Shown here one piece after another: positions 13,908 through 28,676 of a DNA stretch of 64,000 bases. Positions within the stretch are counted from its first letter, which is position 1. Each line of letters opens with the position of its first letter. The notes beneath the pieces are model-generated. The model was given only the letters and a program-made list of their open reading frames with translations. It was not told the origin of the DNA and made no database searches. Position numbers and translations under genes: made by a program. The stretch covers positions 1,302,001 through 1,366,000 of the forward strand of contig OZ024761.1 of NCBI GenBank assembly GCA_964016885.1, in the 5' to 3' direction. The DNA is from Eledone cirrhosa (lineage: Eukaryota).

Positions 13908-14216
13908 TTTCCTCTGGCTTCGTCCCGACCGGGCGTGGATCACCATCTTTCGGGTCCCCGGCCGCCTGATATAAATATATATATATATATCAATCACATA
14001 TATTTTTATTTGTTTGACCCGAATTACTTGATCGTTTTTTTGGCTGTGCGGATGATTGTTTAACCATCGTCTCAGTGTGTTTGGCCTTTAACGTTTTTTA
14101 TAGCTCTGGTTTATCTGAATCATTGAGCACTTGCCACACATCTCGGAGGTTGTTTTTCGTTATTTCATAGGCCGAAATACGATTCTCGATAATTTATATT
14201 TGTATATATATATATA

Positions 14217-14380
14217 TGAATAAAGTTGGTCCTTCATCAGTGATCTTCCAACCATCCTCGGTAATTTCTTCGCTTTAAAGCGAAGAAATACCGAGGATGG
14301 TTGGAAGATCACTGATGAAGGACCAACTTTATTCATATGTAACCCATTTGCAACCACGCAGCACGTTTATTCTCATATTT
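14217..14380. repeat. Near-perfect ~60-bp-arm palindrome of the ~530-bp PLE-like family
   Basis: Apex cgctttaaagcg at ~14276. The sequence is related to 46620-47540 and 56897-57510. Confidence 0.8.
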
Positions 14381-14521
14381 ACATATATATATATACATAC
14401 ACACACATATATATATATACACATATATATATACACATATATATATATATATACATACACACACACATATATATACACATATATATACATATATATACAC
14501 ATATATGTATATACAATATAT

Positions 14522-15002
14522 TAACAAATGGAAACTATATTTATAAAACCATATTTAGTTTGTTGGAAGGTGGGTTTTTTTAGATTTGAAGATTCTATCA
14601 AGATTGGAAATATTCTCTTATACATCAGATTTAAATTTAAAAAAAAACAACTTCATAGGCCAGGATTACCTAAGAAATCTCAAAAATAATCTCTAAAGGA
14701 CATACCTATACCTAGGAATAAAGACTTTATAAAACAATTAATAGAAAAATCAGACTCATTTATAAGAAGAATCAGGTGGCGTGCTTTCCACTTCGATAAA
14801 TCTGATGTAAAAGAGAATATTTCCAATCTTGATAGAATCTTCAAATCTAAAAAAACCCACCTTCCAACAAACTAAATATGGTTTTATAAATATAGTTTCC
14901 ATTTGTGAATATATTGTATTTTTACTCCAATAATTTGTTGAGTGCTTTATATCAGTTATAAAAATATTTACTTGTATCCCAACAAATTAAATATAACTTC
15001 TA
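14522..15002 (+). mobile_element. Penelope-like (Naiad-like) ORF N-terminus fused to a family D 3' tail, with inverted end
   Basis: 14690-14866 reads SLKDIPIPRNKDFIKQLIEKSDSFIRRIRWRAFHF..FKSKK. 14525-14610 is inverted to 14810-14905. The tail is shared with 39560-39690. Confidence 0.7.
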
Positions 15003-15104
15003 CATATATGTATATATATATATATATATATATGAGTATGTATGTATATATATAGACATATATATATATGTATATGTTTATATATATATATGTGTATATA
15101 TATG

Positions 15105-15222
<118 letters not shown>

Positions 15223-15223
15223 C

Positions 15224-15254
<31 letters not shown>

Positions 15255-15431
15255 AACATATACATATATACATTCATACATATATACATGATGGCTGCCC
15301 CCTCGTTATCGAGTATGGCCATTGCACTAGGAAAAAAATATATATATATACATATACACACACATATATACATATATATATATATACACATATACACATA
15401 CATATATATTAATAACAATAATAATAATGAT

Positions 15432-18080
15432 TTCATTTATTAGCCACAAGGGCCGACATGTAGGGGACAATACAATAAGGTCGAGTAAAAGTGCACAATG
15501 GCAAGACTAATTTAACAATGAAAATATAAAAATATAAAATAAACTATGCATAAATATAACAAAATAAATTCCCCGATAGGGGGTGGACGACCCTGGGGTG
15601 ACTCGGGTACCCCACCAATCCTGAACCACCCTGCGCTTCTAGAGCACCCAGGGAGAGCACCCCTCTCCTCAAGTTAGCTAGACTATAGGCGCATGGTCAG
15701 ACGAGCCATTCTCGCCACATTCACCCACCTTTTAGCAAATGTACTGGGGGGCAGCACTTCTCTCTCCACCCTCACCTTCCTTTCCAGGTGAAACTTGAAG
15801 AAGTTGATGAGGGATTGGCCGAAGAGAAAAGTGTCTGTCTTCAGTCCTTTTAACCTGGTCCACCATACAACCTCTTTTGCAACTGCCACCAGACAGAGGA
15901 AAATTTCCTGCTCTTTACCGGTCCGTCCGTCCAGCGCCCCACAACGCTGTTGGACGGCATAGGCTTGCCTCTCCAGGTTCCGAGCTGCAAGCCCACCGAC
16001 TTTTCCGGGTTAAGTTTGGCTCCTGTCAACCTTTCATATTCCTTCAATAAGGTGCCGACCACCTCGAATTCTGAGGTGTTCAACACCATCACAGTGATGT
16101 CGTCCGCATAAGCCGACACCGCTTTTCCACGTCCCGGTTCGAGCGGGATGCCCTGCAACAGCTTCAGCTTCCGCAGTAAAGGCTCGAGAGTCAATACGTA
16201 CAGAAGGAAAGAGAGAGGGCACCCTTGACGGACCGATCGGGAGAGCCGAAATGGCTCCGAGAGGTGGCCATTAACCTTGACCAGCGATCGTGTGCCGCTG
16301 TGCATTGCAGCGATCCAGCTTCTAAAGACAGGGCCGAAGCCAGCTGCTTTGAGGACACACTCCAGATACCGATGGTCGATCCTATCGAATGCTTTCGATT
16401 GATCTAAATTGATCAGTGCCCCACCGAAGCCAGGTTTACACCCTACCCTCTCTATGATGTATCGCATGAGGTGGAGATTGTCGTGTATGGACCTGGCTGG
16501 GATTGCGCAAGTTTGCGCCTCCCCAACCAAATCCTCGACGACAAGCGCCAATCTCTTTGCTAACACCTTGGCCAAAATCTTAAACTCTGTGTTGAGCAGA
16601 GTTATGGGCCTGAAGTTGTCTAATGTATCCCTCTTGTTCTCGTCTTTCCTTATCAGCGTCACCACTCCCCTGCTCACAGAACTGGGAATACTCCCATTCT
16701 GCTGCCAGTTGCAGTAGAGTGCTTCGAGGAGTTCGGAGAACAAGTCTGGCATATTTACGTAAAGCTCGTAGGGCAGGCCATCCAAACCGGGTGACTTGCT
16801 ACTCTCCCCGAACAACCGAGCGAAAGGCCTCACACATCCGCTTGGAATCGCTTATCTCGTGTCCGTCTCGGTCCGCCAAAGACCGAATTGTGGTTTTATT
16901 ACCACGCTGCGCCTCTGCAACGCGGGCCCATCGAACAGCTTTGGTTCCCTCGTTTCTCAGCGCACGCGCTTTAGGTCTGACAATGCAACCTTCGTGTTTG
17001 GCATTGAAGAAATGGTCTAATGCCATTCCCGCCGCTAGCACGTCAGTTGCAATGCCACTACAAATAGCCTCGTCTAACTTATCTACCAGCTCCCCCTCCT
17101 TTCTATTTTTCTCTAACGCTAGTTCTTTGCTGAACAGTATCGAAGTTACTCTAATCTCTCTTTTGAGAGCCCCCCACCATCTGTTGTTGATGATCCCTCC
17201 TGTCAACTTTTGCTTAACTAAATTTTTGACTCGGTCCCTGTAAGCCTTACGTGCCGGAAATGACATGTTCACCCGGTCCTAACCTACGCGTTTTATTTAG
17301 GTCGACCGTACAGATCACAAATTTGTGATCTGAATAGGCGACCATTTTAAAAAGTGGGCAGCCCACATTATTTCTATCTATTTTCCTAATGAAGATCCTG
17401 TCTATATACGATGGTCCATGTCCACATTGGCACATTGGGGAAATCTAGTCGATACCTGTCAGACAGTTGGAACTGGCTGAGTAGGTGCTTGAGGCTTTTG
17501 CACCCCCCGCTCCTATCGGCTACTCCCACACAATCCCAGCGTGCGTCTAAGATGCCATTCCAGTCCCCCGCTAACAGTAAAGGGCGAGACGTACCCAGAA
17601 AGGTCTCCGGGCGCCTAAAGAAGTCCGGTCGTCCGGCCCCTGTAGGGGCGTAGACGGCCAGCAGTCTAAAGGCACCACCTTCGCTACTGCTCACATCCAA
17701 GACCACCAACTTACCATCCGGGTCCCGGAAGATCGACCTTACCTCGAGATCCAGTCCTTTCCTAAACAGCACTGCCCCCCCCCCATTCCTGGTCTGCTAA
17801 CAGATGCGAAGATCTGATAGTCGTCGAAAATGGGGTCTAGTGCGCGCGTGTCGGAAATTCTGGTCTCGCTGACGGCAATCACATCCATTTCCAGCGACCT
17901 GAGGTCGTTGAGCAGGCGACCCTGCTTCCAGGGTGACCCCAGGCCGCGAACATTTAAACTTCCTACTCTTAATATGGCCATGTTGGTAAGCTAAGAGAGA
18001 GAGGGAAGGTTTACTTACCTCCCGGGGTCTTGTGAAGGTCGGGTGGTTCGACCTCCATGGTTGGTGTGGTTTCTTTTGGG
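15432..18080 (-). mobile_element. Decayed Tx1/L1-clade LINE (APE endonuclease + RT + C-terminus), internally deleted
   Basis: SLNVRGL..SET..VYAP..GDWN..IDRIF..SDH (EN); KSPGLDG..NFRPITLLN..DQSKAFD..RQGCPLS..YADD (RT); the RT is joined abruptly to the C-terminus near 15915; (TAT)n tail. Confidence 0.92.
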
Positions 18081-18226
18081 AACAATAATAATAATAATAA
18101 CAACAGTAATAATAACGACAACAACAACAATAATAATATACATATACACACACACGCACACACATAAACACACCTATACACACACACACGATAGCAACTA
18201 ACAGCGCTGCGATCGAATGTGGCTTT

Positions 18227-18590
18227 TTAGCCCAGCCAATGATCTAAAATGTCTTGCACAGAGTCGGCAACCAAAACATTCACTGGGAGTTCATGTACTT
18301 TTGCATGTCGTTTGAGCCCTCCTCCTGATTTACATTCTCTACCACATGCTTGGCAAGCAAGATGAGTAGCATCTCCAACAGCAGCCTGGTAGTCAACCAC
18401 TAGTCTTACTTTATGACTGCGAAGATGACTTTCGAGTCCAGCTTTGCTTAGGCAGAGTCTCGCACAGACGCTGCATGTCAGCACCATAGGAGGACCCTCG
18501 CCGTCTGGAAGTGCAACAGCAATGCCCTTCCTCACATCCCGCTTTACTTTCTCGTATGCGATTCGAGATGCCTCAAAGGCAACTTTTCCC
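18227..18590 (-). mobile_element. LINE 3' end with C2H2 zinc fingers (RTE-like)
   Basis: CSVCARLCLSKAGLESHLRSH and CQACGRECKSGGGLKRHAKVH; a related fragment lies at 58100-58367. Confidence 0.6.
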
Positions 18591-18611
18591 TCATATACAT
18601 ATATACATACA

Positions 18612-19339
<728 letters not shown>

Positions 19340-19360
19340 CATATATATATGTATAAATAC

Positions 19361-19396
<36 letters not shown>

Positions 19397-19618
19397 GCGT
19401 CAGTGTGTGTAAGCGTGTGTATACACACATATATACATATGGTGTTATATCTTACACCTGCGTTAGTTTAGCCGGCCTCGTAAGAGGGTTCATCTCATGG
19501 GAGTTTGTTTGTTTGTTTTAATAATAGGGAGAGGGTGAGGGTGGGGTGTACTATCACACATACAGACTTTCACAGAGACACACACATAGACACACGTTCA
19601 CACACAGACACACACATA

Positions 19619-19684
<66 letters not shown>

Positions 19685-20023
19685 TGTTTGCAGCAACATA
19701 TTTCTGTCGGGAATTGCAGAAGGAATTCCTTTTGGTGAGTTTATGTGTGTGTGTACATCTGTATGTATGTGTATGTATGAGTATGTGTGTATGTATATGT
19801 GTATATATATATATATGTGTATGTGTGTGTGTGTGTGTATACATGGGTATGTGGGTGTGTGTGTTGAAGGTAAGAGAACACGTTAAACGATTAAAGAATA
19901 TTAGCACTGGGATATCAATACACACACACATATAGACACACACAAACGCATACACGCACATATATATATATATATATGCATATATATATATATTATACGT
20001 TCATATGCATACATGTCTGTTTG

Positions 20024-20116
<93 letters not shown>

Positions 20117-20211
20117 CGTTTCTGAATTTGGCAACATGACCCTCCCAAAGCATAACAATATATATATATATATATATATATTAATATAGTGTATACACAT
20201 ACACACACACA

Positions 20212-20256
<45 letters not shown>

Positions 20257-20459
20257 GAGTATATGAGTCATGCATTTATGCACATATATGTAATGTTTAT
20301 ACTCACACACACATATATATGTGTGTGTGTGTGTGGTGTGTTCTCTAGAGATGTTTTACACTACAGAGATCTTTGCTAAGTCAGTTACACCTAGAATATG
20401 TTTTCAATTAGATTATCAATTCTATTCTATACATATCTGCAATGTATTTACACAAATAC

Positions 20460-20599
<140 letters not shown>

Positions 20600-20840
20600 T
20601 ATCTATGTATTTATCTATGTATTATGTATGTATGTACGTATGTATGTAAGTAATATTTTTATTACATCAACAGTACATTTTCCGAATACACGTGTTTCAC
20701 TAAGGGGTTTTAATATACGCTCTAAGCTAATCACTTCGGCCATCTTAATGCACAACTCCTTTTCCGCTTTAGAGTTGAAGTCATATCTGTCTGAAACACA
20801 CACATATATGAAGAAGGATATATGTATATATGTGTGTGTG

Positions 20841-20881
<41 letters not shown>

Positions 20882-20882
20882 T

Positions 20883-21380
20883 TGGTGAGGAGGGTGACTT
20901 TGGACATCCTGCAGGACTAAAAACAAAACCTGTCAAAGGGCAAAGGAGCTCTTAAGAATCAATGGCCATCCAAAATCACCGGGAGAGATGACCCCTTAGC
21001 CTTTGACAAGGCAGAATTCTAGAAGGAAAACTCTGATATAACACCTTCAACCCTGATGGTATCCAATGATGTTGACTTGTTCTTCTTTTTGGTAAATATC
21101 ATCTTGGTTAAGAGAGTGGGACTGGCTTTGTGCAGTGCCTTTGCTCACTATAAAAGCTTCACGGCACAGGCATTGCTATATTTCTGGAGATCTCTCTGCA
21201 CTTGTCGTCACATGGTACCATGGGCCCAGCACTATGTGTCAATAATTGTCACAAGTGTAGTGTTTATACCGGAGTTTTCAAGTCGCTGGCTGGACTAAAA
21301 AGTTCAGCGCATCGGTAGGGGTTCTCCTACATGGATATAAAGTAATGGCCGTACTCGAAAACGAGTTGGCAGCCACCATG
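20883..21380 (+). mobile_element. Non-autonomous RTE-like element copy 2
   Basis: Reverse complement of 18612-19105. Confidence 0.65.
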
Positions 21381-21628
21381 TATGTATGTATGTTCTTCTG
21401 GTTTTATAATTTCACAAAGTTTTACCAATAGAGAGAGAGTCGGTTTCTAACATAGACACAAGACTCTCTCATTGGAATTTACACAACATCAACTAGGTAG
21501 ATATGTATGTATGACTGCATGCATGCATGTGTAGATATGGATGTTATTGTATGTATGTATGTGTATGTTTTGAGTTGTATGTGTGCATGTGTATATGCTT
21601 TGTATCTGTACAAGTGTACATGCAGTTA

Positions 21629-24546
21629 TTAGATGCAAAATTTTTGGAATGTTTTACATATTTTTACTGTTCCATTAATGGATTGTACTTGTAATTTTAT
21701 AACTAGTTGTGTTCTTTCTGTTCCTGTGAAGCCTAGCTTCTCAAGATTTGTATTGAGGCAGTTACTAACATATCCCAGTGCCCCAATAATCACAGGCATA
21801 AATCTGAAGGTGTAATCAGGGTGGAGTATCTGCAGATTTCTCATCAGTTCTGCATAAATATTCTCCTTTTCCCTAATCTTTGATATTATATTGGCATCTG
21901 CTGGGCAGCTAATCTCCACTACTGTGCATGTTTTCTTCTCCCTGTCCCATATCATAATATATGGTCGGTTATGCCTGCATTTTATTGGGTTTTTTACTGG
22001 AACATTCCATCAGTACTCTTTCATATTATGTACATGGATGTCTTCCACATTGTTGTAGCTTTTAATGTGTTTATCATCAGGGCTATCTTTTTTACGAACT
22101 GCATTGTACAGTGTTTTGGCCACTACATCATGCCTCATGGGTAGATAGTACCGCGATGACATCTTTGGGCAGCTGCTGATGTCATGGGTGATATCCTCGA
22201 TGTTAGTTCTGCAGAGTCTGCACTTGTTATCACATCTAGGTGTTTTGCCTGCATCCCTATCTCTTTTGTGAATCAGGTATTTCGTGCTAATCTCCTGTTC
22301 TTGGATTGCAAAAGCGTATCCTTCCAAGTGGGAGCCAATATAGCGGTTGTTGGTCCAAGATAGACTACTTTCCTTATCTATATTACTCTCACTCTGGAGC
22401 TTCCTGGCAACATATCCATGCATGATTTTTTGCTGATAGGCATGCAGTTTTTCATCCATGGATTCACTGCGATACTGCTGAGCGACATCCCTGGGTGTGA
22501 GTTTTTGATTATCACACAGGGAATATCTCTCAAGGAGTTCCTTCCCAACTCTCATGATCTTATCTGTTTCATGCAGATAGACTTGCTAGAGAAGCGGGCT
22601 CCTACGCTTCGAGGTTCGTAGATGTTGTCGGAGAGATATGATGCGACATTCAAATGTTGTCTGGACTGATGTTAGGCCTCTGCCTCCCTGCCTACGTTTC
22701 AAGTAAAGGCGGTCTATGTCACTGTTGATGTGGAAGTTTCCGGTGTTGTTCAGTACTTTTCGAGTTCCAACATCAACTGCTCGGATTTCGTCTATCGTCC
22801 AATTGAGTATTCCAAACGTTGGTGTTAGGACAGGCACAGCAAACACATTGTGAGCCACTGTTTTGTTTTGCGCAGAGAGTTCCGATGACCAGATCTTCCT
22901 TAATCGGGTGTAGTATTACCTGGTTACGCGTTCTTTATTACAGATACCATTATAGGATATGTTCTCATCTATCCCCAGGTATCTGTAGCAGTCCTCATCA
23001 GATATCGGTGAAACAGTTAGACCATTGATGACAATGTTGCTAGATTGGGTTGTTGTTTTTCCCCGCCTTACAGTCATGTATGAGCATTTATCTTGGCCAA
23101 ACTCCATTCCTATATTCTTTGAGAACGTTGTAACCAGGTCAAGATTTTTCTTCATCCCATCCATGTTCTTGGCATAGAGTTTCAGATCGTCCACATAGAA
23201 GTTATGGGTTAGGTTCGTATTTCTGTCCTCCTGTGAGCCAATGACGTATTCCTCACATTTCTTGAGCAGAAAGGACAAGGGATTTAATGACAAGATGAAC
23301 AATATCACAGAGAGACTGTCCCCCTGAAATATACCCCTGCAATATTTTATTTTATCAGTGAAAATAGAGTCCTCCCTCTCTGTCTTTAACCTTAGGATAT
23401 TAGCCCAAGAAGAAGACAGTCTCTCTATGGCTCTGACAATAATGTCTGGGACTTTAGCAAGTTGGAGGGCCTCTATCATCCAAGAGTGGGGAACAGAATC
23501 GAAAGCTTTCTTGTAGTCCAGCCAGACTGTAGTCATATTCCTCCTAAGTTGTCGCACCTCCGACATCGCAGTTTTGTTGATTAGGAGTTGTTCAGCACAT
23601 CCCCAAACCCTTTTCTTTCCAGCTGCTTGTTCATCTGTGATGATGTTATTATTTTCACAGTGATCTTGGAGGAATACATTAGGTTCTGGCATGCAATGGG
23701 TCGGTAGTTTTTTGCCAAGTGGGTGTCTTTGTTCTTGGGGACCAGTAACGTTTGTGCTAATGTCAACCATTCTGGTATAAGTGTATCTCCCTTAAGAACT
23801 TGTTGGTAGAGGTCAGTAAGATACCTCCGATAGAATATTAGTTTTTTGTACCAGTAGCCGACAATCATGTCTCTTCCTGGTGTTTTCTTATCTTGGAGTT
23901 TTCCTATCACAGTCTCAAGGGTACCCTCACTTATTTTGTATGTTTTTGTTGTAGTGTAGGAGCAATAGTTCTTTCGGATTTCTCTTAGCCACACTGCATC
24001 TTGGTTGAAATTCTTCTTTTCACCCCATATTTTTCTCCAAAAGGAATCTATGTCTTTCTGGGATGGGGCCTCAGTGACACTTATTATTTTGCCCTTCATA
24101 TCTCTATAGACTGATGTTTGGTTTCGTCTGAATCTTTTATTAAGCATTTTTCTCTCATCTACCTTCTTCAGGTATCGGCGTTTTTCGCTAACAGCTCTCA
24201 ATTCTTGTTTGAGGGTGATCAGCTTATATTAGAGAGTTCTGGTTCTACTGTTACCAAACATCGTCTCTATTTTATTTTTCACTCTTTGTTGGTGAGGAGT
24301 GAGGTTTTTTTGTGTTTGTTTGCATATAAGGAGCATTGTCACATGTTCTATGTTTTTTCGTAGGTCAGCAATCTTTTTTTCTATTTTAGTTATATATGAT
24401 GGTATTTTTGATGGTGTTTTGTTCTTGTTAATGCTTCACTGTCATTGCTAAGGCATATAAACAGACGTTGATTTGCCAAAATGTTGGGGTTTTTATCAGT
24501 CGTAAATATTCATCCCCTATTTCGTCAATAACACGTAGTATTTCAT

Positions 24547-24549
<3 letters not shown>
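21629..24549 (-). mobile_element. R4/Dong-like RLE non-LTR retrotransposon, decayed
   Basis: NYRPIACQN, WLDYKKAFDSVPH, GIFQGDSLS, FYVDDLK (RT); CRLC..H..C..RHD zinc knuckle; HNRP(Y)IMIWD..VEISCP RLE. Frameshifts and stops; ends in (TATG)n. Confidence 0.92.
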
Positions 24550-24578
<29 letters not shown>

Positions 24579-24690
24579 TGTATGTATGTATGTATGTATG
24601 TATGTATGTATGTATGTATGTATGTATGTATGTATGTATATATAAATATATATATACATACATGTATACATATATATATATATACATACA

Positions 24691-25801
24691 TGAGAAGCTG
24701 ATGTTTAAGTCCTTTAGTGATGTGATGTAGTCCACTACATCACATCACTAAAGGACTTAAACATCAGCTTCTCCACGCACTGGGATATTGTATAACTCCC
24801 ACACCGCGGTACCCCCCCCCCCCCCATCAAATACACCACGCCACTACACCAATACTTAATCTAGTAGCACATCTCCCCCACCTAACCGTTCTAGCACTGA
24901 CCAACCGCTTAGTTTAAACAACCCTACTCTCACTCACCGCAGAAGTAACTGCATCTGCCGTTACCCTAATGCATGCCCACTAAATGGACATTGCCTGACA
25001 CCCAACATAGTCTATAGGTGCACGGTTAAAACTGCTTCGCATACCAGTTCCTATATCGGGTCTACCTCTACCCTTTTAAGAGACCCTAACAACAGATGTT
25101 CGACATCTCTAGCTAGGCTCATTAAAAACCTTAAATTAACCAACATTGAACACTCACTAACATGGACGAAGAAACTCTTGTGACCTCTGTCTTACCGAAG
25201 CATATTACATAACTCTATCACGACCTCTACCGATTAACGATAGAACAGAGGTAACTATTAGCTGTCAACATCGAAGGGCTAATTCCTTCGCCAACAGAAT
25301 ATTTGACCCAACATAGTCATCTAGCCCCATTTTTACTTGTAGCTAATAAGTTAAATAGTTATAGCTAACTTAGATAATTATAAGTTACCTCCCTTACATT
25401 GTCTCTCAATTAAAAAATAAAATGATTAGCACTTCTTAACCATAAACTACCCACAATTTCTAATTTCTCGAGAAGTTACTTCCCCTGAAACCACCCTCTA
25501 ATTAGTAAGGTAAATATGTCCATTGGCGGCCATCTTGTTACCCATAGGCAGATCTCACACAATGCAGCCTCGACAGAAGAATACTGCTCGACTATGGCAG
25601 GACACCATAGTGAAATACCAATATATGGAACATTACATTCATGTAACATTCTTTCCTTATTTTAATTTATATTCCTTTTGAAGTTCCGATGAGCTGCTCT
25701 AATTTTACCTCAGTTAATTATTTTCAACTGAACCAGATCAATAATGATCTATAATCATTTGATCCAGAAATATTATATGGAGTAGCGAAACAATTGTAAA
25801 C
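24691..25801 (+). mobile_element. Truncated Penelope-like element: 5' hairpin, GIY-YIG endonuclease remnant, 3' HHR
   Basis: 24950 onward reads CICRYPNACPLNGHCLTPNIVYRCTV..YIGST..STSLARLIKNLK..W, then CDLCLTE..SCQHRR. A 41-bp-arm hairpin spans 24691-24773. Confidence 0.85.
25683..25801 (+). ncRNA. Type I hammerhead ribozyme, CCGAUGA (U4C) core, branched stem II
   Basis: GUU-CCGAUGA-GCUGCUCU..(~78-nt insert with hairpins)..GGAGUAGC-GAAA-CAAUUG-UA|AAC. Confidence 0.75.
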
Positions 25802-25807
25802 GGACAT

Positions 25808-25993
25808 TTGGATTGGTAGTATCGGTAGAGAGTCGGATGCCATGCTTTCCAGCATAGTTACGTCCCTTTACGGTGTGAGTTCAAATCCCGCCGAGGTTCA
25901 CTTTGCCTTTCGTCCTTATGAGGTCGATAAAATAAAGTACCAGTAATGTACTGGGTAATTGCCGGCCTTGTGCCAAAAGTAGAAACAATTATT
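25808..25993 (+). mobile_element. Family 1 SINE directly after the HHR
   Basis: gtgagttcaaatcccgccgagg..gtcgataaaataaagtacc. Confidence 0.8.
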
Positions 25994-26292
25994 ATTAATA
26001 TTATTATTATTATTCTTTACATTCCTTACATCAAACTAAAATATGTTGACAATCTTTTAGTAATGTCTTCCTTGTGAAGTTTGTGGTCTTGTTTTGCTTA
26101 ACCAATGAATATTTCCAGCTCTGTGCACCTAATTTCTGCATGAACCCAGCCACCTAACTGCCTTCCACTGCATATTGCACATTGAGCACATGCTCTTACG
26201 CTTTGGCTTCTAACTAATTCACCAATCTCTCTTCTCCTCTCCTATCTCCTCTCCTATCTCCACCACTCTCTTTAAGATTGGTTACTCTTGAC

Positions 26293-26349
<57 letters not shown>

Positions 26350-26410
26350 AAATTAATAAAAACAATGAAATAAAAACAAAGAACTGGTTCCTTATATTGA
26401 AAAAAATCAT

Positions 26411-26540
26411 CATTTTACGATCGTTCCTGGAATATATATGTGTATTGGTATGTATATCATATTAAAGATCTATGTAAAAAAATATTACAAATTATCAGAG
26501 GAGATATACATACCTTCACCTATACATGCCATCTTCAGAA
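26411..26540 (-). ncRNA. Degenerate hammerhead ribozyme with long stem II
   Basis: Minus strand: CUGAAGA-UGG...CCA-G(G)AA-CGAUCG-UA|AAAUG. The fold-back apex at ~26537 lies inside the core. Confidence 0.5.
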
Positions 26541-26692
26541 GATGGCATGTATAGATGATTTTTATCGTTAAATTTTGAATGCATTTTCTCTTTTCATGAT
26601 ATCTTCTATATTTGGATTACATTGAGTTCTTCATACGGATTGGACACTACCGTTTATTTTGGTAGATTCATCTACATATATGTATATATATG

Positions 26693-26822
<130 letters not shown>

Positions 26823-26842
26823 CACATATATATATGTATGTA

Positions 26843-26886
<44 letters not shown>

Positions 26887-27374
26887 CTAATAATAATAAA
26901 TGCGAAGACTAAAATCCAAAGAGGGCTCGATAAGGATAAATATATATCAAATATATAAGAACCCCTGAGCAAATATTTATCAAAATAACTGATTAAAGTT
27001 TAAGAGGGAAAGCAGCGATTCTTTGCTTAAACTTTAATCTGTTATTTTAATAAATATACATATATATATGAAAGCGCACCAAGGTTTGCTTGGTTGCCCT
27101 TGAAATATATTTAATAAAATAAATATGGTTTTATTAATATAGTTTCCATTTATTTAATATCATCGTATATATATATATATGTTTATCCCGGGTTCAATCG
27201 GGGGGGGGGGGGGGTAACCACAATAAGTAAGGTACTCAATACATAGCAGAGTTTAAATATTTAATATAGAAATGGCTTCTACAGGACTAGAACTGTTTCA
27301 TTCGGGAAAAATGATGATTTCTCCCGAATGAAACAGTTCTAGTCCTGTAGAAGCCATTTCTTTATCATGGAGTA

Positions 27375-27772
27375 ATAAAATTGAAAAAGTTGAGAATAAC
27401 ATGGTCAACAGTACAAAGAAGGGGATTTATTTGCAGTCTAACAATTGTTTCACTGATAGAGTTGTCTAAAAATTGCTGAACACTAAAATAAGTTCCACTC
27501 AATTTTAAATACGATGTTAACTCTATTAGATCATCGGAAACTGTTAAAAAAATATATGTAATTTGAATTTGTAAATTTGCCGGTTACATATATATTTTTT
27601 TAACAGTTTCCGATGATCTAATAGAGTTACCATCGTATTTAAAATTGAGTGGCACTGTTTTTAGTGTTCAGCAATTTTTAGACAACTCTATCAATGAAAC
27701 AATTGTTAGACTGCAAATAAATCCCCTTCTTTGTACTGTTGACCATGTCATTCTCCACCTTTTCAATTTTAT
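27375..27772. mobile_element. Fold-back element with two opposed HHRs (27434-27543 minus, 27604-27713 plus)
   Basis: Inverted arms of ~185 bp. CAGUUU-CCGAUGA-UCUAAUAGAGUU..AACUCUAUCAAU-GAAA-CAAUUG-UU|AGACUG. Confidence 0.8.
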
Positions 27773-27782
27773 ATATATATAT

Positions 27783-27971
27783 AACGAAGAAGTTGTGGTA
27801 AGGAACCAGATGGACCATAACCCACCAGAGTACTCAATACTTAAGGTAGTAGAGTGGGTAATAGGAAAATGTATGACCCCGACGGCAGAGCTCAAGCCGT
27901 TTCGACAGCTATTTCTGGACTGGAATAGCCGTCAAAACGGCTTGAGCTCTGCCGTCGGGGTCATGCATTTT

Positions 27972-27975
<4 letters not shown>
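27783..27975. mobile_element. Family A fold-back
   Basis: Minus tail plus half-HHR, with apex ~27920 inside stem II. Similar copies at 37690-37890 and 44333-44503. Confidence 0.75.
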
Positions 27976-28020
<45 letters not shown>

Positions 28021-28306
28021 TAAAGTATGTCCATAGAATCATTTGATAATATATATACCATTTCCTCTCCCAATTAGCATAATTAACCACATAAAACATC
28101 AATTAAACCAGGCTATAAGATTAAAAGGTTCCTATGAAGAAATATTTGATAAATAAATGACAGCAGCCTCTTCGCGGCCGACTGCAATAGAATATTTACC
28201 GAATATTTCAACAGCACGTGGAAATCGACTAAATATACCGTCAACCATATACAATTAGGTATACAATTAAAGTTAGAAGAAATGCGTACACTCTTACCAG
28301 GATTAT

Positions 28307-28386
28307 GTCTCTACCCTCGGGTTTCGTTCGCGTTTTGAGATATCCTATTAAGGATAAAATCTCAGGTTTCGAACTCGTCAGGAAAC
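28307..28386 (-). ncRNA. Type I hammerhead ribozyme, canonical core
   Basis: Minus strand: GUUUC-CUGACGA-GUUCG..UGAGAU..UAUCC..GGAUA-UCUCA..CGAAC-GAAA-CCC-GA-GGG-UA|GAGAC. Confidence 0.85.
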
Positions 28387-28676
28387 AAACTCATATATAT
28401 ATATTTATACAGAGAAAGAGAGAGAGAGAGAGGGAGAGAGAGATCTGATAGCCTGATAGCCGTGTGGTCTCGTTAGAGAAGAAGAAGAAACATAAAAATA
28501 CCCCCTTACCCCTCTCTACAAGTAATTCATCATGTAAACATGTAAACATCGTTTTATATCGTCTTAAATACGACTTATCAGATATCCGGTATGTATGTGT
28601 GTGTGTATGCGTGTGTATGTGTGTATGTATGTGTGTGTATGTATGTATGTATGTATATATGTGTATGTATGTATGT

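Noticed and set aside
24950-25801. Selenoprotein-type Naiad (in-frame UGA plus SECIS)
   Set aside because: The visible Cys codons are TGC/TGT and no convincing SECIS fold is seen.
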